Source: Acidobacteriota bacterium (GTDB lineage: Bacteria; Acidobacteriota; CAIWXX01). From it: a stretch of DNA of 64,000 bases. Shown piece by piece: positions 1 through 8,200 of this stretch. Made by a program: the position numbers and the translations under genes. Numbering within the stretch: the stretch's first letter is position 1; every line of letters begins with the position of its first letter. The notes below the pieces were generated by a model that searched no databases, was not told the DNA's origin, and saw only the letters and a list, made by a program, of their open reading frames with translations. Location: assembly GCA_016191015.1 (NCBI GenBank), contig JACPPM010000044.1, positions 3,862 through 67,861 of the forward strand. Reading direction: 5' to 3'.

Positions 1-840
1 CGGCGCGGGCACGATCGCTGGGTGGATTCGTACGAGGCGCAGCGATCGCACCGCAAGGCACAAGAGGAGCAGATGGCCCGGTTCACCAAAGTGCACGGAT
101 GCCGAATGGTCCACCTCGTTCAACACTTCGGCGACGAGGCGGACGAGGGAACACCTTGCGGGCTCTGCGATGTCTGCGCTCAGTCGGGATGTCTCGCCCA
201 GACTTTCCGGAAACCGGGCACAACTGAACAGCAAGCGATGGCTCGAATAGTCGGAGAGCTGCGCGATCTGTCGAGCGTCTCGGCTGGGAAGCTCTATCGC
301 GACCTGTTTGCCGCGGAATCGTTCGACAGGCACAGCTACGAGATGCTCCTCTCGGGCCTCTCGCGCGCCAATCTCGTGCGTGTATGGGACGATGAGTTCG
401 AGAAGGACGGTCGGACGATCGCCTATCAGCGCCTGGCGCTCACGCCGGCGGGACGCCAGCTCCGGACCGAAGTGCTCGCCGATGTGCCGGTTCCGACCGC
501 TTCGATGCGGGGAAGCGCCCAGGTCCGCCCGCGACGCCGGAGAGAGCGGGCACCGAAGGCATCGTCGCACCGACTTGTCGCGGCGAGGGGGATCGAGAGC
601 ACTGCTCCGGAGACGCCGCCGTCTCAGGAGATCGTCGACGCGTTGCGTCTCTGGCGGCTGGAGGAGTCGCGTCGCCGGCGCATCCCCGCATTCAGAATCA
701 TGACGGACAAAGTGATGTACGGGATCGCATCCAGCAAGCCGGCGGACGAGGCCGCGCTACTCGCAATTCACGGCGTCGGCCCGGCGTTCGCAAAAAAACA
801 CGGCGCACGCGTGCTGGGGCTGGTGAGGAGTCTCGTGTGA
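1..840 (+). CDS. recQ: ATP-dependent DNA helicase RecQ, C-terminal part (5' end lies outside the window)
   Basis: The frame is open from nt 1. It has the Zn-binding/RQC-like segment HGCRMVHLVQHFGDE...CGLCDVC and a C-terminal HRDC-like segment LRLWRLEESRRRRIPAFRIMTDKVMYGIASSKPADEAALLAIHGVGPAFAKKHG. Confidence 0.8.
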   Translation, partial: RRGHDRWVDSYEAQRSHRKAQEEQMARFTKVHGCRMVHLVQHFGDEADEGTPCGLCDVCAQSGCLAQTFRKPGTTEQQAMARIVGELRDLSSVSAGKLYRDLFAAESFDRHSYEMLLSGLSRANLVRVWDDEFEKDGRTIAYQRLALTPAGRQLRTEVLADVPVPTASMRGSAQVRPRRRRERAPKASSHRLVAARGIESTAPETPPSQEIVDALRLWRLEESRRRRIPAFRIMTDKVMYGIASSKPADEAALLAIHGVGPAFAKKHGARVLGLVRSLV

Positions 841-917
841 GTCCGGTCATCCTGAGGGCGCCACAGGCACCCGAAGGATCTCATGCTATGACGACGAGTC
901 CCGTGGCGGCCGTGGCG

Positions 918-1091
918 CACTGGTATCCCGAGATCAGGCATATCTATATGTCGGGGTACACCGACGACGCCATCGTCCGGGACGGCGTTCTCGAGTCCGG
1001 CGTGGCCTTCCTGGAGAAACCTCTCACACCCGATACCCTTGCGAAGAAGGTACGATCGGTTCTGGACGCGCCGCGCGCGCCGCGCGGTTGA
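918..1091 (+). pseudogene. Remnant of the C-terminal end of a response-regulator receiver domain (no phosphoacceptor region)
   Basis: HIYMSGYTDDAIVRDGVLESGVAFLEKPLTPDTLAKKVRSVLD matches only the last alpha4-beta5-alpha5 part of REC domains. The upstream part of the ORF (837..) has no REC similarity and abuts the recQ stop. Confidence 0.45.
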
Positions 1092-1215
1092 ACCAGAGGT
1101 TTGTTTCTGCAGCGGGGCCTGGGTCGCTGAGGAGCGAGCGGTAGCAGAGATTGAGATTCCCAAGTTGGAATTGGACTGTTCCAGGTTCCTGGCGCCCTGT
1201 GGTAGGTTTAGATGT

Positions 1216-1536
1216 ATGCAAGAGATTCCCGCCGGTCTTCTGGATGCTGCCGTTGAGCGGCTGAAGGCCGAATTTCAACCGGAGGCGATCTTCCTGTTCG
1301 GCTCGCATGCTTGGGGGACTCCAACGGCGGACAGCGACATCGATCTGTTGGTGCTCGTGTCGGAAAGCCAAGAACGGCCCGCCAAGCGCATGCAGCGTGC
1401 GCATCGCTGCCTCGGTAATCTCGACTTCAGCAAGGATGTGTTCGTCCAGACCAGGAGAGAGTTCGATCGATACAAGCATGTGCCGACATCTCTCCAGTAT
1501 CAGATCATCGAGCGGGGCCGGAAACTGTATGGATGA
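1216..1536 (+). CDS. MNT-type nucleotidyltransferase (antitoxin-like partner of HEPN)
   Basis: NTP_transf_2 motif LFGSHAWGTPTADSDIDLLVLV. An internal ATG at 1216 (MQEIPAGLL) fits the usual domain size. The stop overlaps the HEPN start by 8 nt (ATGGATGA). Confidence 0.8.
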   Translation: MQEIPAGLLDAAVERLKAEFQPEAIFLFGSHAWGTPTADSDIDLLVLVSESQERPAKRMQRAHRCLGNLDFSKDVFVQTRREFDRYKHVPTSLQYQIIERGRKLYG

Positions 1537-1945
1537 GGCAATCGTCGAATTGACTCGCGAATGGCTCGTGAAAGCGGATCATGATCTCAAGAACGCGAGC
1601 ATCGTGAGCCGCGCCCCCCAGGGTCCTCTGGACACGGCGATCTACCATTGTCAGCAAGCAGTGGAGAAGGCGTTGAAAGGATGGCTGTGCTGGAAAGGGG
1701 TAGCCTTTGAGCGGACTCACGATCTTAGGCGGCTTATCAACCTCGCGGCTACGACCGATCCAGCCTTCAGCCGCTACCAATCCTCGGCGGACATTCTCAC
1801 GCCGTATGCGTCGATCTTCCGATATCCCGGACTCTCTGGTGACCCGACGCCGTCACGCGAGGAATTCGACGAAGCAATGAACCACGCGTTGGGCACATAC
1901 AACTTTGTCTTGAGCCTCTTGCCCACTCACGTCAGACCCGCTTAG
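1529..1945 (+). CDS. HEPN domain protein (toxin-like partner of MNT)
   Basis: WLVKADHDLKNA...AIYHCQQAVEKALKGWL...ERTHDLRRLI is typical of HEPN (PF05168-like) helices. It is translationally coupled to the upstream MNT gene. Confidence 0.8.
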   Translation: MDEAIVELTREWLVKADHDLKNASIVSRAPQGPLDTAIYHCQQAVEKALKGWLCWKGVAFERTHDLRRLINLAATTDPAFSRYQSSADILTPYASIFRYPGLSGDPTPSREEFDEAMNHALGTYNFVLSLLPTHVRPA

Positions 1946-2136
1946 CCAGTCTGAAGGACTCGTGCGAGCTCGGCACATTGCCCCAACGCCCACTGGAGGC
2001 CCGTACTCACTTCCGGCTTCGATTCCACCGGACAGCCCAGCACCGCTGCATTGCCCCGCGGTCCTCTAAATACAGGTAACGCGGCGGAGGAGACCGTTGC
2101 GACTGTCACGGGAGGCATGTCTGACCGCGTCTATTT

Positions 2137-2175
2137 AATGCGACACTTGACAATGCGACACTGACTGTCTATATT
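2137..2175 (+). promoter_or_regulatory. Candidate sigma-70 promoter with direct-repeat operator-like sites upstream of the MerR gene
   Basis: TTGACA (2147-2152), a 17-nt spacer, then TATATT (2170-2175). The 11-mer AATGCGACACT occurs twice (2137-2147 and 2152-2162), bracketing the -35 element. GACTGTC occurs at 2101 and 2163. The -10 element ends only 6 nt before the GTG at 2182. Confidence 0.45.
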
Positions 2176-2181
2176 TGTTGC

Positions 2182-2595
2182 GTGGAACACGAGGCGCAAT
2201 ACAGCATAGCGGAGCTCGCCAGGTTGGGCGGAGTATCCCGGCGATCGGTGAGATACTACGTTCAAGAGGGGTTATTGCCTGCTCCGCTCGGGCTCGGGCG
2301 AGGTCGCCACTACGGGCGAGCGCATCTCGATCGCCTGCTTAAGATCAAGGCGATGCAGGAGCGCGGAATGTCGCTCGCCGAGGTACGGCGGGAGTTGTCG
2401 CAAGGATCTGACACAGGGGAAGAGCCGCCCAGCGAAGTGCTCCGCTCCGCGTGGACGCGATTCGAGTTGGCTCCAGGCTTGGAGCTTCACGTGTCGAGCG
2501 CGCTCCAAGTTCCGTCGCCGAGCAAGCTCGCGGAGCTGGCAGAGTGGTGTCGCCTGCATTTTCGTAGCAGCCAGGAGGATGAGTCAGATGATTGA
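2182..2595 (+). CDS. MerR-family transcriptional regulator
   Basis: N-terminal MerR HTH: YSIAELARLGGVSRRSVRYYVQEGLLPAP...GRHYGRAHLDRLLKIKAMQERGMSLAEVRREL. The 3' end overlaps the next gene by 17 nt. Confidence 0.85.
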   Translation: MEHEAQYSIAELARLGGVSRRSVRYYVQEGLLPAPLGLGRGRHYGRAHLDRLLKIKAMQERGMSLAEVRRELSQGSDTGEEPPSEVLRSAWTRFELAPGLELHVSSALQVPSPSKLAELAEWCRLHFRSSQEDESDD

Positions 2596-5167
2596 CAATC
2601 AGGAGTGCCTTGCATGTACCGGTCTGGTGACGACGTCTGCGCCGGTACCGCTGGTCGGAGTTTCGGTTGAGGCCTGGGTCAGAGACATCGGCGCACGCGT
2701 TACCGTCACACAGAAATACCGCAACCAGGAGGACAAGCCGATCGAGGCTGTGTATATCTTCCCGTTGGATGAAGGCGCTGCGGTGTGCGGATTCGAGGCG
2801 CTGATCGACAACGTTCGGGTGCTCGGGCGCGTGAAGGAACGCGAGGAGGCGTTCGAGGAGTACGACGACGCCCTCGAAGCGGGTCATGGCGCGTATCTTC
2901 TCGATCAGGAGAAACCCGACGTCTTCACTGCCAGCATCGGCAACGTCCCGCCCGGCAAGGAAGTTACGGTGCGGGTGAGCTACGTGACCGAGCTCGGTTG
3001 CGAGGGCGACTCTCTACAGTTCGTCATTCCGACGACAGTTGCCCCACGATACGCGCCGCGCGTGGATCGGAAGGGGGTCGGGCGCCCACCGGCCGAAGCC
3101 TTGAATCCGCCCATAGCCTGGAACGTGCCCTATGGCCTTTCCCTGCTGATCCACCTGGACATGTCGTCGGCTGTTCGCGCCATCGAGTCCCCGACACATC
3201 CGATTTCCGTGGATCTGGACGGGATGACAGGTACAGTGCGGCTCGGAGGCCGCGAAAGCGCGCTCGACCGCGACTTCGTCATGCTTCTTCAGACTGTGGA
3301 TTCCCGGGAGCCGCGGGTGAGTGTCGAAGTGGACGAGAAGGGGAATCGCGCGGCCGCTCTGACGTTCCGGCCAAAGCTCGATCTGGACCGGGTCCCGTCC
3401 GAGATCATCTTCGTGATCGATCGATCGGGGTCCATGCAGGGAACGTCGATCGCTGAGGCGCGTAACGCGCTGCAGCTTTGTCTTCGCAGCCTCTCCCAAG
3501 GGACTCGCTTCAACATCGTCGGCTTCGGGTCACGATTCGAAATGATGTTCCCGGCGACTCGGGAATACTGCGATGAAGCGCTCCGCCAAGCCAGCTCAAA
3601 CGTTGATGGAGTGGATGCCGACCTCGGCGGCACGGAGATTCTCGCCCCCCTCGAAGCGATCTTCCAGAATGCGCCTATACGCGGCTTCCCGCGGCAGCTC
3701 TTTGTTCTGACCGACGGACAGGTTACGAATACCGAGGCCGTCATGAAGCTGATCCGCAGGAATTCGCACACCACTCGCGTCTTCAGTTTCGGCATCGGTG
3801 CGGGGCCCAGCCGGCATCTGATCAGGGGGATGGCGCGGGCCGGGAACGGTTGCGCGGAGCTCATCAGCCCGGGAGAACGAATAGAGCCGAAAGTCGTACG
3901 CCAGCTCGCGAAGGCGCTTGCCCCAGCGCTCTCCGATGTCAAGCTGGACTGGGGGACGCTCGACGCGCGCCAGGCTCCTTGCCTCGTGCCTCCCGTCTTC
4001 GCAGGCGGGCGTGTCACGGTATACGGCTTCCTCGAAGGAGAGAGGAAGGGCGTGGTCACCCTGGGTGCCATCGGGCCAGGGGGACCGGTGTCGTACAAGG
4101 TCGAGGTCGATCCACAGGCCGCCCGTCCCGGCAACCTGGTGGCCACACTCGCGGCGCGAGCCATGATCCGCGACTTGGAGGAAGGGACGAGCCCTTTGCA
4201 TAACCGGCAGGGCTCAGCGCAGGGCAGAGAAAAGAAAGACCGGGTCAAGGGGGAGCTCGTCCGGCTCGGTGTGACCTTCGGCCTCTGCTCGCGCGAGACC
4301 TCCTTCGTCGCCGTCGAAGAGAGAGGCGCTCCGACTGAGGGAGAGATGCAGCTCAGGCGCGTCCCGATCGCACTCACGAGGGATTGGGGTGGACTGCACG
4401 GTGATCTGAGCTCGAGGCCCATGGCGATAGGCAGTGTTGGATCGCGGGTTCCACGAGGAGTAATCTGTGGAGCGCCTCCTGCGAGCACGGCACCTCTCCA
4501 CGGGGCTCCGATCTGGCAGCATGAGGTGTTCGACGGTGATCCACTGGATGTCCACTCCTTCATGCGGCGCAAGACAGACGAAGAGTCTTCTCGGGAAAGC
4601 CGGATCGGAAGTGCTGGAAGCACGGTGGTATCTGCGAGCACAGAAGAGAGAGCGGCTTCTGGTCTCTTCGGTGCCATTCGTAACCTTTTCCGAAGAACTC
4701 CTGCGTCTGCCGACGGGGGCCAGGGAGCGCCAAGTCCGGCCTCTGTTCCGCCTCCTCGCGACCAGGGTGGCCAAGCTCCCGGCTCGACTTCGCAAGAATC
4801 GCACCCAAAGCCGAAGGCCACGGATGTTCGCAAGACGATGCACTGGCTGCTCTCGGCGATGTGCGCCGACGGTTCATGGCTTCTCACGGAGCGATTGGCC
4901 GAGATTGTCGGAAGGAGGCTTGGCGAGCTGGAGGCGGCCCTAGCCGGGGCGAACGGGTCTCGCGATGATGTCAGAAGTGCGTGGGCGACGGCCCTCGCGC
5001 TGGCGTGGCTCGAAGAGGAGGCCCCGCAGTTGAGGGACGAGTGGCGACTGGTGGGCGACAAGGCGCGCAAATGGCTCGCGAATTGCCCCGCCACGCTCGC
5101 CAGCGGCGAGGACTGGATCGAAGCCGCCCGCGAATGCCTCAGAAACGAGATATCGAAGTTAGGATAG
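2579..5167 (+). CDS. VIT domain plus von Willebrand factor A domain protein, with a low-complexity linker and a helical C-terminal domain
   Basis: VIT-like N-terminus (VSVEAWVRDIGARVTVTQKYRNQEDKPIEAVYIFPLDEGAAVCGFEA...PDVFTASIGNVPPGKEVTVRVSY). vWA MIDAS motif IIFVIDRSGSMQG. C-terminal DGSW-containing helical domain. Confidence 0.85.
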   Translation: MSQMIDNQECLACTGLVTTSAPVPLVGVSVEAWVRDIGARVTVTQKYRNQEDKPIEAVYIFPLDEGAAVCGFEALIDNVRVLGRVKEREEAFEEYDDALEAGHGAYLLDQEKPDVFTASIGNVPPGKEVTVRVSYVTELGCEGDSLQFVIPTTVAPRYAPRVDRKGVGRPPAEALNPPIAWNVPYGLSLLIHLDMSSAVRAIESPTHPISVDLDGMTGTVRLGGRESALDRDFVMLLQTVDSREPRVSVEVDEKGNRAAALTFRPKLDLDRVPSEIIFVIDRSGSMQGTSIAEARNALQLCLRSLSQGTRFNIVGFGSRFEMMFPATREYCDEALRQASSNVDGVDADLGGTEILAPLEAIFQNAPIRGFPRQLFVLTDGQVTNTEAVMKLIRRNSHTTRVFSFGIGAGPSRHLIRGMARAGNGCAELISPGERIEPKVVRQLAKALAPALSDVKLDWGTLDARQAPCLVPPVFAGGRVTVYGFLEGERKGVVTLGAIGPGGPVSYKVEVDPQAARPGNLVATLAARAMIRDLEEGTSPLHNRQGSAQGREKKDRVKGELVRLGVTFGLCSRETSFVAVEERGAPTEGEMQLRRVPIALTRDWGGLHGDLSSRPMAIGSVGSRVPRGVICGAPPASTAPLHGAPIWQHEVFDGDPLDVHSFMRRKTDEESSRESRIGSAGSTVVSASTEERAASGLFGAIRNLFRRTPASADGGQGAPSPASVPPPRDQGGQAPGSTSQESHPKPKATDVRKTMHWLLSAMCADGSWLLTERLAEIVGRRLGELEAALAGANGSRDDVRSAWATALALAWLEEEAPQLRDEWRLVGDKARKWLANCPATLASGEDWIEAARECLRNEISKLG

Positions 5168-5240
5168 ATGCCGCCAGGCAGAGGAGGATGCGAGGGGTCA
5201 CATTGAAATGCCCTGATCTTCGTCCTACTATTCCTCAACC

Positions 5241-8200
5241 ATGAACAAAGGGACAGCTCACTCCGCGATGCCACCGACGCACTCACGGTCCTGGCGCACA
5301 ATCCGGGTTTTCATTTCCTCCACCTTTCGCGACATGCATGCCGAGCGGGATCATTTGCTGCGGACTGTTTTTCCTGAGCTAAAGGAGTTGTGCCGCACGC
5401 ATCGGGTGCATCTGATTGATGTGGATTTGCGCTGGGGTGTCAGCGAGGCCGATGCCGAGAGAGGGAAAGCGATCGATATATGCCTCGACGAAATCGATAC
5501 CTGCCGTCCCTACTTCCTGGGATTGCTCGGTCACAGGTATGGCTATGTCCCCCCTGGTCACCAACATTCCATCACCGCCGAAGAGATCTATCACGGTGTG
5601 CTTCACAATGACGTCCCCAAACAGATCCTCGATCTAGGCAAGATCATCGCCGGCAAGCTGGAGGACAAACCTCTTTCCCATCAGGAGCTGAATTGCCTGA
5701 GCCAGAGCTATCTCTGGGATGCGGATCGCCGGAAGTACCTTCTCCGGGATGACATTGCGCCTCAAGAGATGGATACTCTCCGTTCTGTATTTCTGCGCTA
5801 TTCCATCTATCAGAAAGACCGCAGCTACTTCTTCTTCCGCAGCGAGTCATTCACCCGCCTGCTCGCGGGTGATCATCCAGAGGACTTCTTTGAAACCGGC
5901 GCATTCCAGAAGTTGCAGGAATTGAAAGCAGAGATTCGTAATGCCAAGTTGCCGGTACATGAATATGACAACCTGGAAACGTTCGGTCAGCTTGTGCGGG
6001 ATGTGCTTTGGGCAAAGATCGAAGCAGAAGCAAAAGAGGCTGTCATTGAAAAGGACTGGCTGGAGCGGGAAGCTGAATTCCATGAATTGTTCATCGCCGA
6101 CCGGACCCGGCGTTTCGTCGGACGCCGCGAGCTGCTGGATCGGATGCGCGCCTTTTGTGAAATGGGCGATCAGCCATCCGTGCTGGCCATCACCGGAGAA
6201 CCCGGCTGCGGAAAATCGGCATTGATGGCGCGATTCGCCGAGGAAACTACTCGGCGTCGCCCCGATTGGCTTATCATTTCACATTTTGTCGGAGCGTCGC
6301 CGGCATCCACTAACCTGCGCCGAATGCTCCGCCGTTTCTGTACGCAGCTGAGTCGCGCCTTGGGATCTGCCGAAGAAGTTCCGGAAGATATCGAAGAACT
6401 TCTGACCCTTTTCACGGAGCTTCTGTCGAATGTGCCCGAGAATCGTCCGGTGCTCGTGATCATCGACGCTCTCAACCAGCTCGAGAAGGGCGATCATGCC
6501 CATTCGCTTTCCTGGCTTCCTCAGACACTTCCTGCACACGTTCGTTTCATCATCAGCACACTTGGTGGCGAGGCGCTGGATGCTTTGCCAGCCCGGGCGA
6601 CAATGTCGCAGGTGGAACAGGTCCGAGGGCTATCGCGCCCTGAAGTCCGAGAATTGGTGAAAGCTTACCTGGCAGAAATCCGTCATGAATTTCCCAATCC
6701 CCAGGTCGAAGGGGAATTCTTCGCGAAGGTCGAAGGGGGGAACCCTCTCTACATTCTGGTTGCCCTCGAGGAACTGCGGGTCTTTGGGAAATTCGAAGAA
6801 TTGGAAAAGCGGATCTACATGCTTCCGGACAATGTTCCAGACCTCTTCGACCAAGTTCTCGAGCGCATTGAAGGCGATTTTGATCCGGCATTGGTGCGAG
6901 ACTGTGTGGCCTTCATGGCATGCGGCCGTCATGGGATGACCGCCGAAGAGCTGCAGACGCTCCTGAGACAACATGCGCCCGAGGCTGACCGCAAGGTTGA
7001 GCCGGTCAAGCTGCCGGACCTGGTTTGGCGCCGCCTGCATCGCTCCTTTTCGGCCTACCTTCTCAATCGCTCAGGGGTGATCGACTTCTTTCATGGTCAG
7101 CTCAAGGAAGCCGTGGGAAAGAGGTATCTGAGTGAAGATGCCAGGCGTGCCGCCGCGCATCAAACCCTGGCGGACTACTTTGAAAGTCGCTGGAGCCAAC
7201 CCTATCTTCGGGCGCTCGATGAGCTCCCTCACCAACGCACGAGAGCCTTGGATTGGACCGGGCTGGACCGAATTCTCTGCGACTTGAGGTTCATTGAGGC
7301 GAAAGCATCGGCCGGAATGACCTATGACCTCGTCTCAGATTACAATGCGGCTCTTTCCAGCAACGGGGTCCCCACGCGGACAGACATACGCGGGTTTGCC
7401 CGCTTCGTGACCGCTCAAAGCCACGTCATCGCCGCGAATCCGGCCCTCACCTTTCAGCAAGCCATCAACGAACCGGACACAACGCCTCAGGCCCAGGCCG
7501 CGGCAAGAATACTGGAAGCAGGCCAGGAGAGCAGGCCCTTCTTTGGCTGGATCAACAAACCCCAAAGCGTTTCCGCCTGTTTGATGACTCTCACGGGGCA
7601 TACCAAGGGTGTACTCGCGTGCGCGTTTTCTCCCGATGGTTCGCGTATCGTCTCTGCCTCATGCGACAAGACTCTCAAACTTTGGGATGTGGCGACCGGA
7701 AGAGTCCTGGCGACTCTGACAGGTCATGATGACCTTGTGGATCACTGCGCATTTTCTTCAGATGGCTTCCGCATAGTCTCTGCCTCATGGGATGGGACAC
7801 TCAAGCTCTGGGACGTGGCAACGGGAAGGGAACTGGTAACTCTGACTGACCACGACTACCACATAACCGCTTGCGCCTTTTCTCCCAATGGCTCACGCAT
7901 CGTCTCTGCGTCATCATCAGCTCTTGACAGATCGTCGAAGTTCATGACTATCAAACTCTGGGATGCGGCAACGGGGAGAGAACTTAGCTCCCTGATCTGC
8001 CAAAGTGACAATACACAGGCCAGCGCCTTTTCTCCCGATTGCTCGCGCCACGTTTCGATCTCAGCCGATAAGACGCTCAAAGTCTGGGATACGGCAACGG
8101 GAAAAGACCTGGTCACTCTGATCGGGCATTTTGACGAAACGTACACCTGTGCCTTTTCCCCGGATGGCACGCGCCTCGTTTCGGCTTCAGCTGACAAGAC

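Noticed and set aside
3289-5301. 670-aa ORF on the minus strand, antisense to the VIT-vWA gene
   Set aside because: It is Ser/Arg/Ala/Pro-rich low-complexity translation, typical of antisense frames in high-GC DNA. The sense strand has clear VIT and vWA motifs.
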